Assembly: GCF_009914755.1 (NCBI RefSeq)
Contig: NC_060930.1
Strand: one strand, 5' to 3'
Source of the DNA: the human T2T-CHM13v2.0 reference genome, Homo sapiens
DNA: 64,000 nt
The notes under the pieces were generated by a model. The model had not been told where the DNA came from. It was given only the letters and a program-made list of their open reading frames with translations, and did not search any database. The translations under genes and the position numbers were made by a program. This document shows, one piece after another, positions 49,621 to 64,000 of this stretch (the first letter of the stretch is position 1; every line of letters starts with the position of its first letter).

Positions 49621-51693
49621 GCCTATTCCAGGTCCTTGGAACTCTGGAATTCTATGTCCAAATGGCCCTAAACCTGGTTTCAGGGCTTGCACAAGGCCTT
49701 CCCTTGGCTGTTCCTCCAAAGGTGGATAGCCACAGAAGTGTGCAGACCTGTAAGCCTGAGGGAAGACTGAGGAGTGGCTATCTGGGGAGGGAAGCATTGG
49801 ATAGAGCGTGAACATGTGGATCAGTGTCCACATGCATGAATGGAGGACCCCTCTCTGTGTGGCACAATATCAGAAATGGAAGGAGAGAGGTAGTAGAGTA
49901 CAAGTAGAATGTTCTGGTACAAAATTCCAAGGAATCCAAAAATTCTAAATTTAACCCAGGCCCCCAGGTCACTTAGGTAAATTTGTCGAGGCAGAAGGAT
50001 AGAATCTGTTTTCTTTAGCAGTTTGTTAGCTTGCTTTATAACCTTTAACTATTTAGACATTTAGAATATGGCCCTCTATTTGCACTCTTTCACCAATTCC
50101 TGGCAGTAAGTATGTAATCAATGGCTGCATGCTAAGCTATAGATGCGAAGAGCAAAAAAGAGAATAACTCGCCTTTCAGACGAGTTATTCCTGAGGGCTA
50201 TTCATGTATACTTTTAGTCACTCTCTATTCCAACACTTAAAGAAAACCACTAGAGACTCTGGACCACTACTGTCTTGATGAAAAGATAGAGGAGTCATTG
50301 GTGAGGATAAATCACTGCATCGTCTTTAATTTATTATTACTGCTTTTCACAAAAGTAGCTGGTAATTAGACCCATCTCTGTACCCTGTTCCAAAAGAGGG
50401 CAGCATTGCCACTAGCACATTCCTTCAGCTGTAAATGGCCAAGACCCTCTGCTGGAGTAAGAGTCATCCATTACTTTGGCACCTCCAGGCCAGATTCTTG
50501 TGATACATTCTATGTATGGAAAAGCAAGGCTTTACCAGCAGCATCAGCTCATACATGACACTCACGCTTGGCTCTCTTTGCTACTTGGAGCCATTTTGAT
50601 ATTATTTGCAACGTGGAATGGTTAGTCTGAGCCACACATTGTTTTTAGTAATTCCATAATGTGGGTAAAAGTACGTGTGTGTGTATACGTGATAGTGAAT
50701 AGCAAAAAGCAAATATCCTCCTCCCGCACCCCACCTGTGGTATTGATATTTCCACTATGCTGGTAGGAGTGCAGGGGAAAATACCATTTAGATGTTCCTG
50801 GGATTGATATTAAGAATTTTCAGGATACCCCCAAACAACCACTTCAAAAGATGTGCACTTGGGTTCTCTTGCTCATATGAGGTCAAACTAATTGGATTAC
50901 TTAAACACAGATAATGCAGAAGAGGAAGTTTGGCGGCTCATGATCAATTAAAACAGTTTCCTTCTCAATTTTTGATTTGGTTTGGGTTTCCTTTGCTTTG
51001 GACCTTGGCATTAGAACACACATAGAAACTGTGTCTTTATAATTCCCCTCAGGCTTTTCCTAGAGGTAAGCACTCTAACTGGGGATGGAGATTTTGGTTA
51101 ATTTCTTAATTGGCTGTGTCCTGGTAATGGTTTTTGCAGGATAAAAGCTCTATTTGTATCTCAGTCATTATGGACAGTGAGTCAACTCAGGACTTTAAAT
51201 GAGGTTTATTATCTTCAGAGATTAAGGCAGTATTTTCTGAGCAGATTTAACAAAAATGATCTTGCCTAATTAAAAGGCTTCACTGGGTAGTGTTCGTCAG
51301 AGAGCCCGGCTGCTGGCTGTTATTTCCTGTGTCAAACTTCCTCTTACCCCTCAAGTTTGTACATGAGACAGTTAGAGGGGCCGTGTCTCAGCTCTGCCAC
51401 CCACGTCTCAGCCCACTCGCACTCGATTGGACAGAATGTTAAAGAAAACTCAGAACATAAATCTGGGTGGGGAGAGCTAAGAACTCTACATTATGTTCTG
51501 TCTCGTTTCTTTTTTTATAGCTCATCATAACCTATGCCTATTTTTCCCTTTGAATCTTTCATAGATTCCAGTCATAGGCCAGATTCAAGACTCAACCCCA
51601 ATTATTGGGTATAAGAGACACAATAGGTATTCAATAAACATCGGTTGAATTGAATTAAATGGGATTGAAATTGGCCCCACTAAGACATAGATC

Positions 51694-51960
51694 TCTTAGG
51701 GGTTGTTTGGCTGCAAAAACCAGAAATCTAGATGACTAGCTAAAGCTAAACAAGAAAATTTACTGTAAGGATACATGGATTTCTTTATGAGAAAATGCAA
51801 AAGGAAGTGGAAACTTACCAGGAATGAAAGAGAATGCTGTTTATAATTGTAAGTGCTCTCATTTCTGAAGAATCGTTCTATTCTTCTCCCTCTCTCTCTC
51901 TTTCTCTCTCCCCTTTAAACTTTCTTGACTTAGTGTGCATGAGAGAAAATGGCATTCCAA
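51694..51960 (-). mobile_element. Highly diverged LTR relic (ERVL/MaLR class)
   Basis: tcttaggggttgtttggctgcaaaaaccagaaa...aaatttactgtaaggatac resembles the reverse complement of an old LTR 3' end. Confidence 0.45.
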
Positions 51961-52414
51961 ACCCCACATAAACTCCTCTTTCAAATGCTTAGTATTTGTC
52001 AGCTATAGCCATTCTGTTCTCAACACATGGGTACTGGCTTTCTTTCAAGCTTTGACAGACATCATTGTCAAGCAGAATTTTTTCCACTGAGCTTGGATAC
52101 TGCTTCACATTCTTTTTAATTCAGAGCTCCAGACAGCCATGACTAGTTGTTGAAATGGCCATCTCTGTTCTAATTCCTCTGTCAATGGGTAGTCCTTTAA
52201 ATATTTTAAGATAGCTCTGGGGTCTTCTGTGAATATATAATTCTAAGGCTAATATCTCTAATTTCTTGAGTTCTATAACATGGTTTTGAACCTACATTTA
52301 AGTTGCAACAAAACCTCATTTAACTCATAGAAATTCAGTAATATTTGTGTTGCACCAAACAACAACAACAACAGTGAGGGAAGAATCCCCTATTCCTTTC
52401 CTCCCATTTACACT

Positions 52415-52995
52415 TGTAGGAGAGGAAAAACCTTTCTCTAATCTCCTAGATTCTGTAGCTGAGCCTGTGAATCAAGCAGACAAAAGACATATTAACAGGA
52501 GAAAAGCATACAAATTTTATTTGATGTAAATATTTTTATGTGGCATGAGGGGCTTCATAGGAAAGAAGCGAAAACCCCAAACAAGCAGTTAGACTCAGGG
52601 GTTATATACCATTTTAACAAAGGGCAAAAAATTTGTGGAGAAATGATAGGACAAAGGAAGGGTGTCCAAAAAGGTCCTAGGGGCAGTAATTTGTGGGAAA
52701 GTGACTAGAAAATATATGAGAGAAACTAATGGAAGATAAGGGTTATTTCAGTAAGGTTTGTTTGTGCAGACTTATCTCTGCACCATCTCCTCCCCAAGTC
52801 CTGTCTCTGATAAGAGTGTTCTCTTCTTCTTGGTATCAGAAGGGCAACTTTCTCATGGGAAATATGCCCTTCTTTTAAGCAGAAAGGGAAAGGGCATAGA
52901 TCCTTTCTTGCAGCTGCTGTTTCTCAATTGTTTTCATCTCAAAATAGTATGCAAAAGTGGCGTAGTTTGAAGTGGCATTTTTCTCGTCCCTTTCA
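52415..52995 (-). mobile_element. MER34-family (ERV1) solo LTR
   Basis: - strand begins tgaaaggga...atgccacttcaaactacgccacttttgcatactattttgagatgaaaacaattgagaaacagcag; TG...CA ends. Confidence 0.8.
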
Positions 52996-53157
52996 CAATC
53001 ACCTTTCCCACTGGATTCATGAACTAGAGAAAGGGTGATCCAGGGAAAGGGAACTCATAGAAAACATACACAGGAAAACAAAAGGAGTTAATTTATGCCT
53101 TTTGACCTTATGACCCAGGTCCTCGGTCATAAAATTGATTTAAGAAATGTTCAAAGA

Positions 53158-53615
<458 letters not shown>

Positions 53616-54955
53616 TCAGCAGCAGAAGGTGGTTTCGTTACCATCTTACTAGCTCTAGTGCTATAGTTCCACATATACTGCTCATCAGCAGTATAGGGAT
53701 TACTGAAAGCCCAAAGTCCTGCATTTTCTTACACTTATTCCAATAAAACCAGGAAATAATGCACCCACTCATAACATGAACTCAAATATGATTCAGCCAA
53801 CTCCCATTTAACCCCGTTCTCATTAACATTGCATTAACTTACCCACTGCAGTATTATACGGTGATTTATTTATTTATTTTTTACTATAATTTACAAGATA
53901 ACTCAAGCAAAAGTGCATTAAAGAGGGACCAGTACCAAGAAGGTACTCAGTAAAATCAGCAACCTCCACAGGTGTTTTATTGTGCACAGGTATAGGCTTT
54001 TGCTTGAAGAATCACTTACTTTTCCCTTGTTGGTTCTGGTTCATAGTTCAAGCCTGTCATAACCTTTTTTGGCCCAGGTTCCATCATCCAATGTATTTGC
54101 TATGCCTCCAAGGTTTGCATGCCAGTTGGCTTTTTGAAGGCAATTTCTTTTATTTTTATGCATCCAAATCTGGGTGAGAGAGGGGAAGGTAAGGCATACC
54201 TGGAGAAAACCCTATACTGGGAGATAAAAACTTCTCTCACTGTATAACACAGAGTACTTAAAAACATTCTAAAATGTTATTTAATGATTTTTTAAAAATC
54301 ACATGTAGCAAGCTGAAACAATAGAACACAATCCCCATAACTGGTCTTCAGTAACATAGTGAAGATTTTGTATTTCAGCTAATTCTCAACTAGCAAAAGA
54401 GAAATAAGTGAACAGGAGAATTAATATTTTGTTGTTTTTCATCCACTTTCTCTCCAGTTTAGGGAGCATTGAGGTCAAGGATCTGCCTCACTATCCTTCC
54501 ACCTTTGGCTCTGCTTGCAGTGGCTCTGGTTCTATCCATGCTTTTACTAAGCCTGCAAATTCTGTAAAGCAGGAAACTACAAAAACGTTACAAAAGGCTC
54601 TGTCAAAAGATTCTTCAAGTGATTAAGGATAGCACACTCTGCATAGGAAATGAAGCCCTCGGAGAGATTTGAAGAAGCCCTTGGAGAGATTTGAGATATC
54701 CCTAACGGAGAAAGAATTGACCTTCATTATCTCAGGAAGGCTTTTGACATAAAAGAGAAAGAGAAGAAACTGATTACTTAAAGAGGAGAGAGAGCTGTAA
54801 AGAGAACTACGAGGATGAGCATCAGGCTTAAAGTGGCTTAATTTATAAACGGATAATTTAAAAATAGAATTGGAACATTAAGCCTTAATATGACCTATAC
54901 TCCTCGCAATCCAGAAGTGAAGGTCAGTATTTAACCAAACCTCAGAGGTTAAGGA

Positions 54956-55204
54956 ACATACACACACACACATATATACATATATATACACATATAAATA
55001 TATGTGTATAAAATGTGTGTGTATATATATATTTAGAATCAAGATAAAATATATCCTGATATTATAAAATACTTACTCTAATAAGAAAAATGGCTAAAAA
55101 CTAATGACCCTGAACAATCAAGGTTGAGTTTTGTGCCTCTTAAATCAAGAAAAATAGTGATAAAAAAGAGTTTTGTGCCTCTTGATACATATACAAACAT
55201 ACAT

Positions 55205-55241
<37 letters not shown>
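54956..55241. repeat. Cluster of (CA)n/(TA)n/(TG)n simple repeats, including pure (TG)n at ~55208-55241
   Basis: Read directly. Confidence 0.9.
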
Positions 55242-55244
<3 letters not shown>

Positions 55245-55304
55245 ACTATAAATACTGCCTAAAATGTTTAGGTCTGATCTCTAATGTACTGATCTCTAAT
55301 GTAC

Positions 55305-55490
55305 AGAGGAGTAGTATGGGGTAGAAAGTAGGGCATGGTGTTTGGAACCAAATATCCGAGGTTTGAGTTTTTGTTTAGCTGCTTGCCGTTTTCCTTGACC
55401 AAAATTTTCTGAGTTTCAATTTTCCTATTTTTGAAACTGTCGTGATAATAGAAAAGTGACAACTTGCGGTGTTCTGTAAAGTCTAGGCAA
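55305..55490 (+). mobile_element. MIR fragment
   Basis: gtttgagtttttgtttagctgcttgcc...tctgagtttcaattttcctatttttgaaa. Confidence 0.55.
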
Positions 55491-57489
55491 ATTATATACC
55501 ATCAGTAAACATTTTATCACTAGTTTTATAGCTCTCATTCAAATGCTTCCACGATCCCACCAAGATTCATGAATATCATCATCCCTTCAATTATTTAGTA
55601 GATGATAAAATGAGCATTAAGAAAAATCCCTTTGCATGAGCCAAGAATTCCTGGCTGTGCTGTTTATGTTTATTCACTGATTTTTCAATAATTAGGAGAG
55701 CAGGAATAACAAAAACACCAATAAAAAGAACTCAGCTTAGTAAAAGTAAGGTAGCCAGAAAACCAATTTCAATGTGTATTTTTATACCTCAGAAAAACCA
55801 ATTCGCTTTGTAAATGGTGTGTCGGGACCATCCCTAAGGGTCATTGTCCTAGACCAATGGTATTAACTATCAGTCTATGTTCAGAACTGGAAATAGAAAT
55901 ACCTCCAGGTATTTGAAGAAGAAAAGGATTTAACTCAGGGAAATAGGCCCTTTAAAAATTACTGGAAGAGCTGTAGGCACCACTGAAATTTTTGAGTTTA
56001 AGGACAAACTGCTAGTGCTTCTTCAGCAGCTTCTTCAACACCCACCCTCCTCTCCACAGCTTTGTCAGCAGAAAAAAAAAAAAAAAAGGAAAAAACCAAA
56101 ACTACAGATCATCTCTACTAATGCCTGTAGACAAAAGGATAGATGATGAGAACTTGCAATGTGTTACAAGATCAAATGTTCAAGGTGTAAGGGATGAGCT
56201 CATGATAGTTGGGTTTTAGCTCCTGAGGCTGATAGGGCTGTTTTGTGTTCAGGTGATCAGGAAAAACAAACAGAGTCACTTTCTTCATTTATGAACCTGC
56301 AAACCAGAGACTCTAAGGTTTGATATAAACATTCTGCCTAGTCAGTATATAATGTTGACAAAGATGAAAAAAATGTTAAGCCAGAGATAAAACAAAAATA
56401 TTTTTACCACTATAGAGAGAAACAAAGGAATAATCATTTAACCGCCATTTTCCCCTTACATTATAGGAATTTCCATACCAGCAATTTTGGTGGCCATTAA
56501 AGTGAAGTTGAGGGAACTGGATAGAAGAGAATTACCCTGACTTTACACTGGAAAGTACCCTTAGCATTGTTCTAGATGGTGACCTAGAGAGTGCCTGATT
56601 CATGCAGCTTTATGTGAGTTGAAATTGAAAGTTGGCTCTGAAATCACAAGTTTTACAAAATTCACTCAATGGAATCTTAAATGATAATAGCAAAAATTTC
56701 TCTGCATCTTTTGCATAGATGTTTCCTATAATTTTAGTGTCAAGACATATGTTCTAATAATGTTTCTTCACTGGTATCCTCTCCCCTGAAGTTTGACACT
56801 CTTGTACTTAGTTTTCCTCCTGGAGTCCCAGGCAAATAATTACTATTTTTTTTTTTTTTGGTTGGCAGACGTTATTTGAACTGCCATCCCTATTATGAGA
56901 TTCAGGTGAGAACAGGCTTGGGCAGGGAGGGAAGCACATACGTGCATAAATGTGCCATATCGCCATGTTCTTGTTGCAAATCCTTTAAGTGACGGCAACG
57001 GAGCCAAGGACTGACTGGGAGGTCAGTCACACACCCTCACAATCTGGTGCACTGGCATCCGTTGTGCTCAGAGTGGTTTGTTTCTGACAGTTACGGCAGC
57101 TGGATCAACACTTATTTTTTCATAATGACTCAGATCTTCATGTTCTGTTGCTTTGGGGTAATACCTATGACAAATATTAGGATGTGATGGTGCTGGGCTA
57201 GGAAGAGTGGACGTGACAACGAGCACTCACTCTAGGACGTAGTATCTGAAGGCTTCAACTCTGAAAGTCTAGTGACTCAGCTACTCAAAATCCTACATGT
57301 CACATTTCTATAAACATCCAACATCTGCTCCTATAATATATATGAGGGGATGTCATAAAAGTTGGATTTTATGACAAAAGTTTTGTTGTCTAGAGAGTCT
57401 CTCTGATGAAACCGTGAGGCATAGTTGTGATCAGTTTTAAGAACAGATGGCATTTTTGTTGGTTGTTCACATCTGTTGAGACTTAATGA

Positions 57490-57890
57490 TATGCTAGGCA
57501 CCCCCCTATAGGTTTATGTAGGACAACTCTACGAGGTAGGCAGTATTATTATTATTATTACCATTTTATAATGGAAATGGACACACAGAAGGGTTAAGTA
57601 ATTTGTCCAAGGTCAAACAGCTTCAACAGAATCATCTAAATCCCAGAAATTGGGATCAGGTTCCTCTGTGGGACTTCTGTTCATGTTACCTTCATCATTC
57701 TGGTCACTCAGCCTCAAAACGTTAGATCTTGGAGGGACCTGAGAAGTTATAGAGGAACACATTCATTGTAGGGATGAGGAAAACAAAGCTAAGAGAGCAT
57801 TAAATATCTGTCCTGAGGATCTACAACTGGATTGTGGCAAAACCAAGACTAGCCAATGTTGTTTTTGTCTCTTACATCACACTCTGGCTT
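57490..57890 (-). mobile_element. Two MIR fragments
   Basis: ccattttataatggaaatgg...gggttaagtaatttgtccaaggtca and cattgtagggatgaggaaaacaaagctaagagag. Confidence 0.6.
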
Positions 57891-58643
57891 TTCTCTGCCC
57901 ATTGTTCTTTATTGCTAATGAATCACCAGTCTTATTCACTTCCTTCTTAACTTTTCTGATCTCTGCCCCTTCCTTCCTATCCCCCAATTCAGGTTCTGGT
58001 TACTCTTTGCCTGGACAACTACAGCAGTCCTGTGGCTTCAGGACTGCCCATCTTTTTTTTTTTTTCCAAGTAGATTGAAATTGGAGCAAAAGTAATTAGT
58101 AATTATAAAATCACCTTTTAAGAAATGTTATATTTATTCCATTCAGTCATTTCTCAAATGTTGCCAAATTTCTCCTTTGTAATTGCTAATTGTTATTTTA
58201 AAAACGTCCACCTTAAACATTATTAGTGCTTAGCTCTCCCTTGTAATTAGATGCAATTATCAGAACATAGTTTATATTAACCTGGGTTTGTGTGTTGTGC
58301 TGTGTGAGCCATACTTCCTACTGACTTGTTCCTGTCCCCGATAAAAATTCCTTCCTTTATTTTCGCATAATCTTAAAATTTTTTTTAAAAAGAAAGCATG
58401 TTCATTATAGAAAAACCCAGTGCATATAAATAATTACAGAAGAAAAATCTCAAAACACTTAGACTCTTATTCATCCAAATCAAGGTTAACACATTGCTGT
58501 GTATTATTTCTCTTTTATGTGTAGATTTTTCTTTTTTAATGTGCAAATTTAGGAAAAGAACTAATATTCCTCTTTGTTAAAATGTGGATAATAATACCTC
58601 TATCACAAATTTCTTGGAAGAATAACATGAGAATATATATGAA

Positions 58644-59408
58644 TGACATGGACAGGAGGCAGGGAAATACTGGGTAGAAGAGGGTGGTTCCTCGGCAAAG
58701 GCACCACCCTCAAGCCTGGAAACCTGTGGCCCTAAATGGGAATGGGCATTCCTGTTTTTGTGTCCAAATGTTGCCTTTTGGCCTGCCACACCCCCCCATC
58801 CTGTACCTATATAAACCCCAAACCCCAGGCTCCACAAGCAGAAGAGCAAAGGAGCAAAACAGTGGCAGAGTGGCACAGCAGAGAAGGAAAGAACAGAAAG
58901 AGCGTCTGAATGTCGAGAGGAGTTCGGCTGGGAACAGAGAGGAGATTGGTCACAGGACAGCCAAACTCCAGGGGAGGATTATCTTCCCACTCCATCCCCT
59001 TTCCAGCTCCCCATCCATCCCACTGAGAGCCACCCCCATCACTCAGTAAAATCCTCACATTCACCATTCTTCAAGTCCATGTGACCTGATTCTTTCTGGA
59101 TGCTGGATAAGGAGTCGAGTACCAAGAGGGCAGAGGGCAGGGTGTAAAAGGCTGTCACCCTGACCCTCCGCTAAGCTGGTTTAACACTCAGCTGTCCGTG
59201 GATGGCAACTGCTAAAAGAATATTAATTGTAACACACCCTTAGATGCTACCATGGGGCCAGAGCCCAAAAACGCTTGCCCTGACTCCTGCACCTGCCCGT
59301 CTGCATGCTACCCCTCCCATAAGGCATTTCAGTGCATGGTGACCCGAGCAAATGAGCCACACCCTTATTGCAATTTCTCCAAGGGGATTGGGGAACTCTC
59401 CCATTCTA
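58644..59408 (+). mobile_element. LTR1-family (ERV1) solo LTR inserted into a MIR
   Basis: tgacatggacaggaggcagggaaatactgggtagaagaggg start, TATA-like cctatataaa (58806-58816), 4-bp TSD TGAA; MIR sequence continues on both sides. Confidence 0.87.
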
Positions 59409-59562
59409 TGAATATACTTGGCACGTAGAAATTGCCCAACATATGGTAGATATGAGCTGTTTTTATATTCAACTCTTCAAACTCCTGGAATTAGTTTTGA
59501 TGTCAAGTTTGAAATAGGGATATGATTTCATTTTTCCCCCAGTGGTTAAGTAATTGCTTCAC

Positions 59563-59990
59563 TTTTTCAAAATTAAAGTTTTAATTTAGAGATAACTGTA
59601 GATTCACATACGGTTGTAACAAATTATACAGTGAGATCCTGTGTACCCCTTACCTAGTTTCCCCCAGTGATAACATCTTGCAAAACTATAGAACGATGTG
59701 AACCAGGATGTTGACACTGGTACAGTTAAGATACAGAACATCTCTGCCCCACAAGGATCCCTCTTGTTTGCTGCCCTTTATAGTCACATCCAATTCCCTC
59801 CTGCCCCCACCCACCTTCTTAACCACTTGTAACCACTAATCTGTTCTACATTTCTATAATTTAGCCATTTCAAGAATATTATAGAAATGAATCATATAGT
59901 ATATAACACTTTTGATTGTTTTTTTCTGCTTAGCATAATTATCTGGCGATTAATTCAACCTTTTGCTGTATCAACAATTCTTTCTTTTAT
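59563..59990 (-). mobile_element. L1MC1/2-like 3' end
   Basis: gagataactgtagattcacat...gtttcccccagtgataacatcttgcaaaactatag...aaccactaatctgttct. Confidence 0.8.
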
Positions 59991-60241
59991 AGATTAACTT
60001 AGAGAGAATAGGTCCATTTAGGAGAGGCCATAATGTCTCCATCAATTAGTCTTTTTAAAAGTCCCATGGAAATGTTTTGCTGTTTTCTTTATTGAGTTCT
60101 TATAAGTTTTTTAAAATTTTATTTTTATATAACATATACAAATAAATGTGTTATGGATCTACCCAACTTTTAAAATGCATGGGAAATATACTTGTTGAGC
60201 ATGGTTCTCAAAAGGTCTTGGATTTAAAAAGTATCCTTTTC

Positions 60242-60292
60242 TCAGGTACTCTGAAAGAGTTACGTTTCAGGTACTCTGAAAGAGTTACGTTT
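60242..60292. repeat. Perfect 25-bp tandem duplication
   Basis: tcaggtactctgaaagagttacgtt x2. Confidence 0.95.
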
Positions 60293-60769
60293 ACTGTTCC
60301 ACTAGTGTTGGCTCATACTGGTTACCTATATTAAATTCCCATTTTGAGTTTCCTGATAGGCCCTGGAGTGAGACAGGGGGCATTGTGCTCTGTCTTCTTC
60401 CCATCTTGGCTTTATTTTGACTGAAGTTGAGTTACATGTTCTATTTAGTAAGAGGTAGAAATGAATGAATCTTGCTGAAAGAAAAAAAAATGTGAAGAAC
60501 TAAACCCAAGGCATGACACATTTGGCTAACATCTCCTAAAGACACAATGCACTGTGGTGAGAGAAGTGTCATTTATGTTTCAGTCTCTAAATACTGTGTT
60601 TATTATAGGTTATGATTTGTGAGATTTATCTTTTTTTCTTTCAAAATCACTGTGAGTCTTTTTACTCCAAACACATAAATTAACTCTTTATGTTTCTGGC
60701 ACTTGTTCACATAACCTGGTGACATATGGTCCTAACTATAGAATTTGTATTTTTATAAATACAGATATA

Positions 60770-61340
60770 TAGAATAAAAATTACTAAGGTATAACTTATA
60801 TACAGCAAAGCACAGTCATGGTAAATAATATTTTCACCACCTCCAGAAGTTCTTTTGTGTCCCTTCTCAGTCAATTTCCTCACCCACCCCTAGCTTCTGG
60901 CAATCACTGATTTGCTTTCTGTATTTATAAATTAGCTTTATTTTTTTTTTCTAGGGTTTTAAGTAAATAGAACCACACAGTATGTACTCTTTTGTGTCTG
61001 GTTTCTTTAGTGCAACCTTTTTTTTGAGGCAGGGTCTCACTCTGCCATTTGGGCTGGAGTACAGTGGCATTATCCTGGTTCAGCAGCCTCTGCCTCCTGG
61101 GCTCAAGCGATTGTCCCAACTCAGCCACCTGAGTAGCTTGGATGTGCCACCATGCCTGTCTAGTTTTTGTATTTTTTGTAGAGATGGGGTTTCCTTATGT
61201 TGCCCAGGCTGATCTTGAACTCCTGGGCTCAAGTGATCTTCCTGCCTCAGCCTCTCATGGTGCTAGGATTACAGGTGTGAGCCACCGTGCCTGGCATTGT
61301 TTTTGAGGTTTATCTGTGTTGTTGTGTGTATTGGTAGCTC
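60770..61340 (-). mobile_element. Old L1 (L1ME/L1MB-like) fragment containing an AluJ at ~61017-61295
   Basis: ctggcaatcactgatttgctttctg...cagtatgtactcttttgtgtctgg; AluJ reverse complement inside. Confidence 0.75.
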
Positions 61341-61364
61341 TAGAATTTGTATTTTTATTAAGGC

Positions 61365-63650
<2,286 letters not shown>

Positions 63651-63704
63651 CTATGCCACATTTGCACACTTGCACAGAAGAGTTGTACTCAGTTAGAATT
63701 GAGG

Positions 63705-64000
63705 TGTTTCAGTTATCTATTGCTACATAACAAATCTCCAAATGCAGTCATTTAAAAACGACTACAGTTTATTGTTTCTTCCGAGTCTATGGTTTGACCT
63801 GTTGATCTTCTGCTTCACAAGGCGTGAGGCTGGGCTGCAGTGATATGGTGCACTTGACTGGGCTGAAATGTTCACAATAGCTCATTCACATGTCTTTCTG
63901 GATGGCTAGAAGTGGATATAATTCCTTTAAAAACTTTGTGAGTTCCTGTGTATCAAATTACAATCCATTCCATTAGACAGAAGCCTCCATAGCCAAACTC
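63705..64000 (-). mobile_element. MLT1-family LTR running off the window end
   Basis: tgtttcagttatctattgctacataacaaa...gcacttgactgggctg...gctcattcacatg. Confidence 0.7.

Overview
Primate (almost certainly human) genomic DNA. The left end holds the CpG-island promoter and first coding exon of PREP (prolyl endopeptidase) on the - strand. It encodes MLSLQYPDVYRDETA followed by a GTAAGT donor, which from memory places the window at chr6q21 upstream of PREP. The remaining ~62 kb shows no other convincing protein-coding gene and is rich in transposon relics: about 18 Alus, an old L1M with a full-length dead L1PA abutting it, other L1 and L2 fragments, MIRs, MaLR/ERV1/ERVL LTRs, an ERVL internal dUTPase relic, a near full-length Hsmar2 mariner, and MER2/MER3/MER47 DNA transposons. 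Almost all ORFs in the track are repeat-derived or spurious. I see no convincing wholly new biological system. The best leads are: (1) a probably chimeric L1PA with no target-site duplication and mismatched flanks, suggesting an L1-L1 recombination deletion; (2) candidate distal - strand exons ~46-51 kb upstream of PREP, one inside an LTR relic; (3) a divergent pair of CTCF motifs; (4) a near-perfect 82-bp triplication; (5) a CpG-retaining AP-1/ARE enhancer candidate. Repeat subfamily names come from my recall of consensus sequences and need RepeatMasker/Dfam confirmation. Boundaries of old repeats are approximate.
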